Source: Callorhinchus milii
Taxonomy: Eukaryota
DNA length: 64,000 nt
NCBI RefSeq assembly: GCF_018977255.1
Contig: NW_024704742.1
Span: forward strand, 9,674,001-9,738,000
Direction of reading: 5' to 3'
Part shown: positions 39,378-53,090 of the stretch, piece after piece
Layout of the letters: every line of letters begins with the position of its first letter
How positions within the stretch are numbered: the first letter of the stretch is position 1
Position numbers and translations under genes: made by a program
Notes under the pieces: generated by a model
The model's input: the letters and a program-made list of their open reading frames with translations, nothing else
Databases searched by the model: none
What the model was told of the DNA's origin: nothing

Positions 39378-39839
39378 GAGAAGGTGCAGTGCTGCAAGTT
39401 CAAAGTGTTTGTTGTTCCAGTAAACATGGTACATTATTGGCTTTGTTTTAACACTAATACAGTTGCACTTAAAAACATAGAAACGGGAGAAGGCCATTCA
39501 GCCCCTCAAGCATGTTCCGTCATTCTATAAGATCATGGCTGATCTGTACCTCAAGTCCAATTACCACCCCCATACCCCACAGCCCAGCACCTTGGGATGT
39601 CCTCCCGATGTGAAAGGCGCTATACAAATGTCATTTTGTATTGTATTGTATTCCTTAACACCCTGACCCAATAAATAGCTAACCACTTCAGTCTTGACAA
39701 TGTAAATGGATCCAACTATTATATTACCGATTTGTACTGTCGTTGGGGTGTTCAGAGCTTGACAACGCCTCCTCCAGCACATGAAGCAGTGCCGGATCAC
39801 CAGTGAGAGCTCGTATGGTTAAAGATAATAATACCTGTT

Positions 39840-40295
39840 TTTGAAATTATGCCTTATCAAATCATGAAAACCTCACGAAAATGCTTTACTGTAAAATGTA
39901 TTTCGTTCTGTATTTGGAGGTGAACACTGCAGGTAATTTGCATACAGCAATGTCCCACCAACAGCCACGAAGAGAATGACCATTTATATCTGGAGGATTG
40001 TTGGTCAGGACTCGGGGAGAGAAAAACTGCCTTCTCTTTTTGAATAGTGCCGGTTGATCTTTAATGTCCACCCGAGCATGCAGACGGGACCTCGGTTTAA
40101 CGTCTCATCTGATGAACGGCAGCTCTGAAATATAAATAAACACCTAGCGACATTAAGTACAGATTATCAAAAGTCAGCTCCCCCAGCACTGCATTGGAAT
40201 GCCAGTCTAAAATACAATGAGCTCAAAGTCCAACCATGGGGCTTGAACCCACAGTCTGACGCAGATATAAGAGTGCTACCAGTTGAGCCTACTGA
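39840..40295 (-). mobile_element. Deu-domain SINE
   Basis: Reverse complement of the same head and Deu domain. Confidence 0.72.
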
Positions 40296-40513
40296 ACCAC
40301 AACACTTAATACAATATATATTTATATAGTGCCTTTCACAGCGGGAGAATGCCCCAAAGCACATTCATAGTCCTGGATATTTCTATGTGATATTTCAGCA
40401 CCTTGGCACGTCCTCCAAATGTGAAAGGTACTACAGTGTACAAATATAATTAGTTGAGGTTGTGGATGAGTACCCAAGCTGGGGTTAGCGGAAAGAGGAC
40501 AGATGAGTCCTCC

Positions 40514-40840
40514 GTGGAGTCCTGTAGCTCAGTGGTTAGAGCACTCGCTTTGAAAGTGAGAGACCTGAGTTCAATTCCAGGCAGAGGGCGAAACCTTGGG
40601 CAAGTTTCCTTACTCCACACAGAGCCTAATAATAATCCCTCCAAAAAACCAAAAACAATAATAAATTGGTCATTTTCAATCTACGACTGTTTGTGGGACA
40701 TTGCTGTGTGCAATTGGCTGCCACGTTCGCCCACAAATATACAGTCAATTCACTTTACAGTGTGTTCTGTGAAGCGCTTTGGGACGTCCTCCCAACGTGA
40801 AAAGCGCTATATCAAATGCAAGAATTATTATTATTATTAT
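40514..40840 (+). mobile_element. tRNA-derived SINE, short subfamily
   Basis: Nearly identical to 11968-12288, including the diagnostic CCACACAGAGCCT and GGCAGAGGGCG. Confidence 0.9.
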
Positions 40841-40907
40841 GACCGAAAGCGCAGTCAAGAAGATGCATTTTGAGATATGCTCTCAAAGAGGAGAAGTGGA
40901 GAAATAA

Positions 40908-41500
40908 GAACAACAAATTACATTTGTATAGCGTCTTTCATGTCAGGAAGATGCCCCAAGGCACTGGACAGTCAGGGTTCCGGACCCGAGCTGGTGGTTG
41001 GGATCAGGAAGGGTGGAGGGCAGGGAGGATACGGGTAGGAGGGTGACCGAAGGCACAGTCGAAGAGGACAGTCTTGAAACGAATCTTGAAAGAGGCAAGT
41101 GAATGGGCGAGGCAGAGAAACTATGGGATGGAGTTTCAGAGTGTGGGGACAGAGTGGTGAGACGGGTAAAGCAGGGGACATGAAACAGGCTGGAGCCCAC
41201 TGAGTGGAGGGAACGGACAGACTGGTAGGGGGTTAGGAGGTCACAGAAGTAGGGAGGAGTGAGGTCATGGAGGGCTTTCCAGGTGAGGACCAAGATCTTG
41301 AACTGTATCCTCTGAGTAATTGGAAACCAGTAGAGTCGGGCGAGGATGGGGGTGATAGATTCCCGGAGCCTGGTGCGGAAGAGAACACGAACTGCAGAGT
41401 TCTGGATGATCTGCAGCCTGTGGAGGGAGGAGTTGGGGAGGCCGACAAGCAGGGAGTTTGTGTAGTCGAACCTGGATGTGATGAATGTGTAGATGAGCAC
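40908..41500 (-). mobile_element. L2 3' fragment with tail
   Basis: FITSRFDYTNSLL...ITPILARLYWFPITQRIQFKILVL followed by the L2 3' UTR. Confidence 0.88.
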
Positions 41501-43874
41501 TTAAGAAGTGATACGCTACTTCTTTCCAATCAATAGAAAGTGAACGGTCATGCAGGTAGATCTCCTAAATTGCGTTTGCTTTCAAATTTAAAAGCTGTGC
41601 TGAGTAACCGCAGCAATAGGCAGTGCTGGTGGGCAAAGAAGAATGTTTTGCTGGTGGTCATTCAACCAGCATTTCACTTCTGCCAAACACACAGCATTAG
41701 TTTGCATGGCTGGAATTGATCAGCAGGGGTCTCAGTTTCACTGCAGTCTTTAGGCAAGATGCCGTAACTCTATTACTATTTAACATCAAGCGTGACATAG
41801 AAATGGGCACAAATAACAAGTTTGCTGAGACGTAAGCTCAACTATGGGATTCAGGTACTCAGCATTTAAACTGCCCAACCATGTTCTTTAATGCGAGTGC
41901 CTAAACTCTCTGCAAAATGGTCTTCAATCAAATAGACTTCAGATTTCGGAGGGTAACAACGAACAAAAAGGCCGACAAAGCAAAAGCCAAGGATCCTGGT
42001 GTGCAGAGGTATTCATTGGAAGCACAGTCACACTGCAGCTTTTGTGAAAATGACCTGAGCTGACAGCAAAGGTTTCTGTTTCCCGGAAAGCTTGAGACAC
42101 AGACAGATTCAGGTGGAGGCAGAGTAAAGGACAATCAGAGGGGAGAGCTCTTACTGTTTGGTTGCTGCATTCAGCACCACAGCAATCAGTCAAATGGTAG
42201 GTCCAGGCGTAATATTGAAACTACTCTCGCCTGCTCAATTCCCGACTGCTCACAATCGGCAGCCTCTCACGAAGGTGGGAGCAAACACAAATAGATGCAG
42301 CACTGTACAGCAATTTTTCAGTGTCTCTGCATGGTTACCCTCATCATTACACAAAACTAAAATTTGGCATTTGATATTTCATGTATGATTTTTACCCACT
42401 TAAGAAATAATCGGTTAATCTACTCAATCACGTCTCAAATTGAAATGTTCTTCCTCTGGGACACTTGAGGTATTTTTCCCCCTTCAGTGGTGACTTTGGT
42501 GTTATCCTGTCCTTATTGTTGATAAGGTGCTTAACAACTGGCACCTACCTCTATAAAATAGAAGAGTGATTTAAGAAATAATATAGTAGTTTTCACTGGG
42601 ATTTCGGTAAAGTTGAATGGTGAGCTTGTGAATTCTTGGTACTGTTTAGATCGTTTTTTTAAAAAAAAATTAATTATATGTGCAACAGGCAGGAACAATG
42701 TGAGATGATGAAGCAGGAATCTCAGGCAAGAAGCTTGTTGGTGCTAATATTAAAACACAAGATTAATTTAAGATTGATATAACAGATGAAAGATTAATAA
42801 TCTTTCCAACTGACATGAGGACATCTCAAAGTGCAACAGGTGATTTACTATAAACTGCAGTGTTGGTTAATGTGGTAGCCAATTTGCGCACAGCAATGTT
42901 CTGCAAATAGCCACACAGTGAACAACCAACTAATCTTTTATACCTACAAGCAATTAGTCTTTTATACCTAGGAAGTGAGTGTAAAATGTTTTCCAATAGA
43001 TAATTATAAAGGTGAGTGAGCTTACTTAAACTTTGGAGCAGCCAATATGTTACAGTATTTCTTTCAAAATAAAATATTCTCCCTCGGCCTTTTGGTATTC
43101 CAGCTGTGAGTGGATGTCATCTCACACAACTAGGCTACTTTATCACTCTATGTCCTCCAGGTGTAACCTCCCCCAAATGACCCGGTGTGCCAGTGAAGGA
43201 CATGACAATTATCAATTGAATAAGTATTCTTTCAAATAAATTTACTGGACGGCACCCAGTCTCCACAGTTGAGTGTAGCTTAAAAATAGAATTTTGCTTT
43301 ATAAATGGTCTTTGCCATCATTGGTGCTCATTACAGCTCAGAGTTTTACAGGCACCAAATCGAAGAGCATATATCATGTTGGATACTTTGCGATTCATAT
43401 TGCTCTAACTGTCTCTTGGTCTCCTGTGGCCGTACAACCAGATCAAGAACAACTTACATGTATATAGAGCTTCTCACCCAGGGTAGCACATCCAGAGCAT
43501 TGACAGTGGGGAAGCACAGCACTGAGCCGGGGGAGGTGGGAAAGGAGGGGGTATGGCAAACAACCTAATCATGAATAAAGCAAAGCTGTTGCTCCCAATT
43601 ATTAATCATTCCAAAGAGGTAAGAGTCATCTTCTACCGGAGGGGGAGAGAGGAAATATGCACCAAAAAGTTTCACATTGCAATGATTCATCTGATATAGT
43701 GCTTCATCATTAGAGCAACGACAACAACAACAAGATTCCATTTATTGAGCACCTTTCACATCGGGAGGACGTCCCGACGTGAAAGAGCAAGTCTTATTTC
43801 AGAAATAAATCAGCCTTAGTTGTGTAGCTCATCCATTCCCTGCAGACTGAAGTGGAAACCAAGTTGATCGGTCA

Positions 43875-44120
43875 ATAACATCAACTTACATTTATATAGC
43901 GCCCTTCACGTGGGGTAGCTTCCCGTAGTGCTTCACAGTGGCAGAGTCTGATAACGAGCCAGTGGGAGAGGGAGGGGGTGGTGACCATAAGCACAATCAA
44001 AAAGGAAGGTCTTCAGGTGGGCTTTGAAGGTGGGGAAGAGAGGGAGGCAGACGGATTGAGGGAGAGAGTTTTGGGGTGCAGTGGAAGACATGGCCACTGA
44101 TGGTGGAACGAACGGCATAA
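43875..44120 (-). mobile_element. L2 3' end (second tail type)
   Basis: FKAHLKTFLFDCAY and tail. Confidence 0.7.
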
Positions 44121-44719
44121 GGGAGTGGATGGGGTAAGCAGATCGGATAGGTAGGGAGCTGCAATGAAATTAAGTGATTGGAAAACAAATACATTTCAAA
44201 TTCGGATCCAGCAATTCGGGTTTTTTTCCAGGCCAAGGTCCTTGCAAAGGGAACTTTCTACTGATGAACCAGATCTTCTCAAGCAGACACTGGTGGATTG
44301 GCAGGATTGGCCTATATGTTTTCATAGGTGACGATGTCACTTCCAGATCAGATAACCTTCCTTGAAATGGGTCTAGTGCTGCCGAGAATCTCCTAGGTGA
44401 CAAAGAACTACTTCACAAGCAAGATTCGTTGAAAATTGAAAACGTTTCTTCCTTGTTTCAAGGACTTAACATAGGAGGAAGAAAATGACACGTTCACTTT
44501 GTTGGGAACATAAACAGGTGAATTTTATTTCCTGCTTCCTCTTTATGCTCTTGGATGAAGTGAAATGTAAATTTACCAAATAAAAAAAATCACAGCCCAT
44601 TCAATCATGCATTATAATAATAAAATAATCCTTACAACTGATACAGAGCCTCTGCCTTTCACATCAGGGTGACATCACAAAGCACTTCACAGGACATAGT
44701 AGTTAATGTAGATATATAT

Positions 44720-45031
44720 ATAATAATAATCCTTGCATTTGATATAGCGCTTTTCACGTCGGGAGGACGTCCCAAAGCGCTTCACATAACACACTGAAGT
44801 GAATTGACTGTATATTTGTGGGCGAACGCGGCAGCCAATTGCGCACAGCAATGTCCCACAAACAGTCGTAGATTCAAAATGACCAATTTATTATTGTTTT
44901 GTTTTTTTGGAGGGATTATTATTAGGCGTGTGGAGTAAGGAAACTTGCCCAAGGTTTCGCCCTGCCTGGAATTGAACTCAGGTCTCTCGCTTGCAAAGCG
45001 AGTGCTCTAACAACTGAGCTACAGGACTCCA
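44720..45031 (-). mobile_element. tRNA-derived SINE, short subfamily
   Basis: Full length, CpG-intact, L2-like tail. Confidence 0.9.
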
Positions 45032-46607
45032 CCAAAAATAAACAAAAATATACAGAAAAAATGCATTTTTGGTGGTAAAATACTACAAACACTAAGGTCT
45101 TCAGGACTTTATATTTGAAAGAAACAGGCAATTCTCTTCTGTATATATATATATATTATATATAGAACTTTCTAAAAATTGTTTTCTAGCTCTATGCAGT
45201 ATACGATTTAAAATAAATTCTATACTTGTGCGTGGCTTGTTCATATCAGAATCTCGTCCCAAAATGAACATTAGCTTCAATGTCACCCTCTGGTGGCTAA
45301 ACAATTTACTCTAACAGCTGGTTCTGACATCACAGTCAGCAGCTGCCTTGTTTAACTTTCTCTCCCAGTCCATATGGAGTTATGTCCCCATAAATCAGAA
45401 AAAAACCATAACTTTTACTCCACTACTAACTAGATTCACATAACTATTATTCTACTACTAACTAGCTTCACGTACCACCAGCTGTGGACCTGTCTCAACA
45501 ACTGAGATGAAAGTTTTCCATTTTAACCAATACAACCTGAGATATAAGTTTCAACTGTACTCCAGGGAACTCTAACCAATTCTTCAGGGGGGGCGGGGAG
45601 AGCACAGTGCGAAATTAAACAAAACAGCAAGGTCAGCAAAACTGTAAAGCGATTTATTATTGGGGGAAAAAAACAGCCCTTAAGTTCACAACAGCTGCAT
45701 GTTACGGAACAATGAACCCGATCAAATAGTTGACTATATTTCAGTAGAATGAAGAATAAACTGAGGCCATTGCAGAGCTATTAAAATTTAAGGATTGAAG
45801 CAAAATAGTTTGACCAAAAAAATGTGATATTATCTATCATATGTTCCACAGGGTCATAAGCACACCAGCCACAAGACTTTTCAGATCATACTATTCTTAA
45901 ATCAAATCTTCTGACTAAAAGGAGAGTATGCGAACACCCAATATAGTCAACCCTGAAAGAAACAGACCAACAAAATCAGCAGCAACTGGAATGACTGATG
46001 GACTAATTCTGAGTTCAATCTTCAGACCTGTGTAATAGATGAATTTAAGACCAGTTGAGCTGCACTAACAATCAAGAAGTTCCATTAACTGGAAACCATG
46101 ATATTTCCAGCTAGCTTTTCACTGGAAAAGTATAAAATCTGATGCACCATGCACTGAAATACTGTAATGTCATTTCAACAATGTCAGAAACAAAACTTTA
46201 AAATACTGGCCCCCTTCCTCCAAAATAATCAGAGAATGGATGGCATGCCATCCTCAAATAACTTACCCCTTTACATAGAATGCAATGGCCATGAAGTTTG
46301 TTTTACTGAAAGATAATAATAATCCTTGTATTTGATATCATATATTTGAGACGCCTCAAAGCACTTCACAGAATATACAAACACCTGACTGACAAAACAA
46401 AATAAGGTCAAAATGCATTTGTGCTTCAGTAAATTTCCTCTAAAGTTACTTCTGATCACTTACAGCAGGTTTCAGGTGTAACGTAGAGAGACACCTGGGG
46501 CAAGAGCCTGAAACCTAAAGTGTTCATTAGCAGAGCAGGAAAGGTAGTGGCAGAGTGAATGAAGCACATTGTTTTTTGTGCCTGCTGTAGATGACTTGTA
46601 CAATTCA

Positions 46608-46855
46608 ATAATAATAATAATCCTTGCATTTGATAAAGCGCTTTTCATGTCTTCTGGACGTCTGAAAGCGCTTCACAGAATATACTGTAAAGTGAATTGA
46701 CTGTATATTTGTGGGCAAAACTCGGCAGCCAATTGCACACAGCAGTATCCCACAAACAGTCGTGGATTGAAGTGACCAATTTATTATTGTTTTTTTCTTG
46801 AGGGTTTATTATCAGGCGTGTGGAGTAAGGAAACTTGCCCAAGGTTTCACCCTGG
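46608..46855 (-). mobile_element. tRNA-derived SINE, 5'-truncated
   Basis: Family body and tail. Confidence 0.82.
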
Positions 46856-48114
46856 TTTTATCAATTCCAGGCGCCTTTGGACATCCAAGGCCCCCAAAAT
46901 CCAACCTTATCTTGAGAAGAGAGCTCCTCCCGTTTCCTGGCCAACAATCCCCTTATAAATCCATGGCTGTTTGTAGGACATTACTCCGTGTCACAGGCTG
47001 CCACAAATTACTGTTAAAAAATCAACTTTACAGTGTATCTTGTGAAGTACTTTGAATCGTCTCAACAACGGCGCTATATCAAATGCAAGGATTGTTGTTA
47101 TGTCTTAAAAGCTTAATATCAGGCAGAATTGCAGAACATTCTGAAATGCAATGTTAATTTGGAACTTTTCCACAATTCTGCACAATCTTACATTTTAAGA
47201 CAAGATGGAGTTTCGGGCCTGACTTACTTTTTTACTTTGCTCACGAGGACAGGACAGGATTTGAAAGGAGATGATAACCCATTGTTAAATAGCGACTCTG
47301 CAGATATGTAAGAACATTGGCGAGGACAAGTTTACAGGGCTATGGGGAGAGGGGGAGTGGGAATGAATTGGAAGCTCTTTTCAAAGAGCCGGCACAGACA
47401 CGATGGGCTGAATGGCCTCCTTCTGTGCTATATAATTCTATGATTCTATGATTTATTCTGCAACTTCTTGCATGCATGTTACTGAAATTATGCTTTTATT
47501 GAGTTTGATGATGTCTCACAGTGTACTTTCCTTTCCTTGCCGCATAAATCCAACTACTTGAAACTGATTAATGGATCACAAGCACAGTTTAACTGCGACC
47601 AGTGCTATTACCCAGCAGCCGAAATCCATTCATTACAGTGATCCATTAATAATTTACAGGAGATTATTGCACTGTGTATATTGGAGAATAATTGTTTCAT
47701 AAAAGAACAATGTTTTTCAAAGGTTTAAAGAGAGAAACAGTACAGAGTCCAATATTTACACTAATGGATATCAAAACAGTGCAGATATCAGATCTGTGTG
47801 TGTGTGCATACTCTGTCTGCCTCTGTTTCTTTTTTGGGTCAGCCGGATGTCTGACACATGGGGATTCCATCACCGTGCTTAATATTATTGATATTTTTAT
47901 TATTATTATAAGGCAGATAATGTTATGGAGGCAAGGGAAATGTGAAAGAGTGGGAGCCTGAATGTAGGGTTTGAAAATTGGAAGTCAAACAAGACACTAA
48001 GGTTCGCTTTGTGAGGGGGGAGTGTGAATCCATGCTGGTTGATATAATCAACCCCTGAGGTGAGAAGGCACTGACGGGAGCAAAGCATAAGAGCCTCATC
48101 TTCTGATGTAAGTC

Positions 48115-48470
48115 CCCATCACACAGTCCTTACAGGCTCCATTGCTCCCAATCACCAAACAGATCAACTTCAAGATCTTCTCACTCATTTTCAATTCCCT
48201 TCATGCCCTCACACCTCCCTGTCTATCCAGCCTGCTTACCCCCACTCCACCACCTCCGCTCTGCTGGCTCCAGCCTCCTATTTGTCCCTTGTCCCCTCTG
48301 CTCCATCATCGGTGGCCGTGCCTTCAGCCACTACACCCCTAATCTCTGGAACTCTCTCCCACAATCCCTCTGCCTCCTCCCTCCCTCTCCCCTGACTCTG
48401 CCACTGTGAAGAACTCAGGGACGCTATCCCGAGTGAAGGGCACTATATAAATGCAAGTTGTTGTTGTTAT
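48115..48470 (+). mobile_element. L2 3' end (second tail type)
   Basis: QINFKI...GGRAFSHYTPNLWNSLP; tail GGGACGCTATCCCGAGTGAAGGGCACTATATAAATGCAAG(TTG)n. Confidence 0.8.
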
Positions 48471-49239
48471 CTTGTCCAAAATTCATAACAAAATGATGGT
48501 GAAAATAGAGAAAATGTTGGATCAATTAATGACGATAGAAAAGATTTTATGCTAATCTTAAAATAAATCTAAACTAAAAGGATAAGTATTCTATTTTGAT
48601 AATATGAAAAGGCAAGCTTGGTACTAAATGTTTCAAACAAATACAAACAAAACAGCTTGTATCTTTTATATATCCTAACTTATTATTGATTATAGCAATT
48701 CGAATGAATTACATTTTGCTGATTCCCAACAATTAATTACTTATTTACGTAGGACTAGGCCGATGTAGGATGCATTTTAAGTGTTCTTTAATTATTTATT
48801 TTCCAAGGGCAGTTCTTCAGAGATGCAATCCATTTATAAAGTGCTTAGACTGCAGATTAGGGTAACAGAAAGAAGGCCACAGCAGGAAGTGCCAATCCTG
48901 ATTTGCATCACCCAGCTGTTCAATAGCTGTTCAATTCAAAAGGCTTCTTATTTATTGTCTTTATGCAGACACAGTTGGCCCATCTTCCAATTTTGTATTG
49001 CTAAGATACGTCTTTCATAGTGGACACAAAGCTGGCATTTGTAACACCATCATTGGGAAAGAGTGTTGCCAATCGGCCTCAAATGGATTTGATTTGCTTT
49101 CTATGTCGTAAAAGGAGAAAATTTGGATAAATTTTCATTCAAATTGTGCGGGTACTGTACTTCTGTGCATGTTACTTTTCTTGTGCTTATAATGTGGGTA
49201 TTTCTGGGTTAGGGGATTTAAAAGCAATGCTTTTGAATT

Positions 49240-49603
49240 TAATAATAATAATCCTTGCATTTCATATAGTGCCTTATCATGTCTTCGAGACTTCTCAAAG
49301 CACTTCACAGAATATACTCTAAAGTGAATTGACTGTACATTTTGTGGGCAAAACACGGCAACCAATTGAACACAGCAGTGTCCCACAAACAGCCGTGAAT
49401 TCAGTGACCAATTTTTTTTTGAAGAAACTATTACCCCCAGAAAAGTGATCCACCAATCGACTAACAACCTGATTCCAACTTACTGCTAGGAAAACAGAGG
49501 TGTGTGGAGTAAGGAAACCTGTCCAACATTTCATCCTGCCGGGAATCAAATCCAGGTCTCTCGCTTGCAAGGCGAGTGCTCTAACCACTAACTACAGAAC
49601 TCT
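49240..49603 (-). mobile_element. tRNA-derived SINE, long subfamily
   Basis: Full family structure. Confidence 0.87.
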
Positions 49604-49719
49604 ACAAATTAGATTTAAATTGATGGGCAGCCCTGATAGCACCTTGTGGACCAGGAATTCAAATGGTTCAATTCTGACTGTTCATTTCTCTTTTAAGTCA
49701 CTTTCTCTCCTCTGCCAAT

Positions 49720-49990
49720 AACAACAAACCACACTTGTATAGCACCTTTCACGTCGGGATATCCTTAAGCGCTGGACACTCAAGGATGTGCAACCGAGCT
49801 GGGGGTTGGGATCAGGAGGAGTGGAGGGCAGAGAGAGGGTGGGGAGAGGACGGTGACCGCATGGTCGAAGAGGAAAGTCTTGAGACGGGCCTTGAAGGAA
49901 GCAAGGAAGGGAACGAGGCAAAGGGACTGCGGGATGGAGTTCAAAAGATTGGGGCAGAAAGCTGAAGGCCCGACCGCCGATGTGGGCGTG
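49720..49990 (-). mobile_element. L2 3' end
   Basis: LNSIPQSL...SFKARLKTFLF and tail. Confidence 0.75.
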
Positions 49991-50514
49991 TCAGGCTGAT
50001 GACTTGAGTCCACTGAGCTGAGGGATATTTTCAGCTAATAACCTACATTTATAGGCCTTCTTTACTTTCCACAGAGCTTTCTGAAACCAAACGGTGCTCT
50101 CCTATCAGAACAGACTAGGCTTTCTGGAATAAACCCTGTGACACTTTCTCTGTCACTTAAGGTTGTTCAGAAAACCACAGATTCTTTGCCAAGTGGCTAG
50201 TCTACAGGAACGATGGACAATCTAAGCAAGGATCTCAGGTAGGTAGCACCAATTTATTATATACACAAGACCAACTGTCTACAGGTGTCCACAGGGCTTC
50301 CAGCCTATTTGAAGAACACTATGTAAATTCTTGTAATTTACACTATGTAAACAAGTTATTCTTGTTCATTCCTGACAGTTAGTTACCCCCTTGGCTTGTC
50401 AGAAAGGTACCCAAAGCCCCCAAAATCCACTGAGCCTGCATTTTGTCCTAAAATTTACAATCACACAGATTGGTGGAAAATTCAATTCACTTTTAGTATT
50501 CGAAAATGGTTTAT

Positions 50515-50742
50515 AATAATAAATAATCCTTGCATTTGATATAGCACTTTTCACATCTTCTAGACATCTCAAAGCGCTTCACAAAATGTACTGTAAAGAG
50601 AATTGACTATATATTTTCCTTGAGAAAGTACTATCAGGCATGTAGAGTAAGGAAACTTGCCCAAGGTTTTACCCTGCTGGGAATCAAACCAGGTCTCTTG
50701 CTTGCGAGGCGAGTGCTCTCACCACTGAGCTATAGGACTTCA
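50515..50742 (-). mobile_element. tRNA-derived SINE, internally deleted
   Basis: Head and tail present, middle missing. Confidence 0.8.
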
Positions 50743-51777
50743 CACCTGAGCTATTGGATTTCACGATTTATAACAGGTCTTTTAAAAGAACTGGCTTCCA
50801 AACAAGGTTAAGATTAAACAATTTCCCCAAATTCTGTACAAAGTTAAATCTTAAAACAAGATTGTTTTATAGGCTAAGACAAGGTGGAATTTTAGGTCTC
50901 TGCTGTTCCATTCAATTAGCCGAGAAAATGGATCCTCCATAATTTGATGTAATGCTCCAATAAAAAGCATTTAGTTTACCCACTTTATAAAGCTTTGCAT
51001 CAGGAAAACTTGCATCAGTTTAGACTCTTATAGCAATCTTCTTCTCAAGTATATGACATGATAGTGTAAAACTATGGCTCTGTGATTAAGTGGCCAGAAA
51101 TATCCAGATATTAAGATGGCGCAATACTGGGCTTCCAGCCCCACATCAGGACTTTGAGCTCACTGCTGGGATGGTGCCATCCTTCAGATGAGATATTAAA
51201 CCAAAGTCCTGTCTATCTTTTCACATAGATATTAAAATATTTCATCACACAATTCAAAAAAAGGGAGTATCTCTCAGTGTCCTGGGTAACAAGCCCCCAA
51301 ATAAAAGTTTTCTATGAAGTGTAATGATTGCGTATTTGTTTAGCATGGCAGCCAATTTGCACACAATAATGTCCCACAAACAGCAATGAAGTAAATGACT
51401 AAAATTTACATTTTATTCTATCTGGGGAATTGTTGTTTAGAAAACTGGGAGAAACTGTCTTCTCTATTTGAATAGTGCCAACAGACCTTTAACATCCATC
51501 TAAAAAGGCAAACAGAACTTGAATTTTAAGATCTCATTCGAAGGACGACACCTCCAACAATGACAGTTCCCGCAGTACTGCATTGTAGTGTCAGTCTGGA
51601 CTATATTGACTTGCCAGGTTGTTTCTAGCTATGCAGTAGGAGTTTCGATGTCTGCTTATGTTACTGACAATAATTAAAATTTGTCCATTGTTGCAATGAA
51701 TTACTGTCTGTCAGCAGCAGAAGATTAGACATTATACCAAAACTCAACTAACCTTAACTACAGCATCACACCGTACT

Positions 51778-52125
51778 TGTGGAGTCCTGTAACTCAGTGG
51801 TTAAAGAACCTGCAAGCGAGAGGACCTGGGTTCGATTCCCAGTCAGGGCAAAACGTTGGACAAGTTTCCTTACTCCACACGCCTCTGTTTACCTAGCAGT
51901 AAGTAGGAACCTGGTTGTTAGTCGATTGGTGGATCGTTTTTCCGGGGATAATAATCCCTTAAAAGAAAAAAAATTGCTCACTTAATCCACGACTGTTTGT
52001 GGGACACTGCTGTGTGCCAAGTTTCGTCCACAAAACAGACAATGCACTTTACAGTATATTCTGTGAAGCGCTTTGAGACTCTAGAAGATGTGATAAGGCG
52101 CAGTATCAAATGCAAGGATTATTAT
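51778..52125 (+). mobile_element. tRNA-derived SINE, long subfamily
   Basis: Full family structure, about 70 nt from the exon 2 donor. Confidence 0.87.
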
Positions 52126-52192
52126 ATTCATTATTCATACTTGTGATAATCTATTCAAACTGACCAATGATTTAACAATGGCAAAAGCTCAC

Positions 52193-52487
52193 CGTAAAAC
52201 AGGAATGCTTTCGTCATCTCATGATTCTGGTAGTTCCTTTTCATAGTAAAGAAGCAAGTGTCTGCCCCACACTGGCTCAATCGCCCAGGTTCTCCAGTCA
52301 ACAAAGACCACCACACAATAATGGGATCTTGAATGCTGAGATCAGAAAACCTTTTCAATCTGTTTAGTAAATGCTTTGTTTCATTCTCATGGCTCCAGGA
52401 TTGCTGCTTTTCAATCGCCAGTCCATCGCTCAGTAAATGTGCATTTAGTACTTTCTTTTGCTCAAACTGTCCCAGTTCAACCACCAC
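52193..52487 (-). CDS. FUT10: FUT10 coding exon 2 (295 nt; stem and start of catalytic domain)
   Basis: Acceptor TCTTTGCAG|GTG, donor TACG|GTGAGC. Encodes VVVELGQFE...PIIVWWSLLTGEPGRLSQCGADTCFFT...KAFLFYG, recognisable FUT10 sequence. Ends in phase 1. Confidence 0.95.
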
Positions 52488-52643
52488 CTGCAAAGACAAA
52501 GGTTTGGTCATACAATGGTACGATGAGGGAGAAATTCCCCCAGGGTCTAGATTTTACTCTTATCTCTTAGCACTTCAAGAGAGTCCAGAATTATTTTTTG
52601 AATTCGGTCTTTACTTTGGAGTCAGTTTTCTGTAATTCTTATT

Positions 52644-53090
52644 ATGGAGTCCTGTAGCTCAGTGGTTAGAGAACTCACCTCACAAACGAGAGACCTGGAT
52701 TTGATTCCCGTCAAGGCCGAAACATTTACCTCTTTTTACCAAGCAGTAAGTAGGTTGTTAGTCAATTGGCGGATCGCTTTTCCGGGGATAATAATTCCTT
52801 AAACAAAATTGGTCATTCAATCCACGGCTGTTTGTGGGATAATTGGCTGCCACGTTTCACCCACAAAATTTCACGCCTAATAATAATCCCTCCAAAAAAA
52901 CAAAACAATAATAAATTGGTCATTTTCAATCTACGACTGTTTGTGGGACATTGCTGTGCGCAATTGGCTGCCGCGTTCGCCCACAAATGTAGTCAATTCA
53001 CTTTACACTGTGTTCTGTGAAGTGCTTTGAGACATCTCGAAGACATGGTAAGACGTTGTATCAAATGCAAGGATTATTATTATTATATTA
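52644..53090 (+). mobile_element. Composite tRNA-derived SINE (long copy plus short-subfamily body)
   Basis: Body sequence occurs twice; the second copy begins CACGCCTAATAATAATCCCTCC at about 52872. Confidence 0.8.

Noticed and set aside
40454..40873. Recurrent ORFs such as ESCSSVVRALALQARDL and [14 protein letters not shown]
   Set aside because: Chance translations of the SINE family, recurring at every copy.
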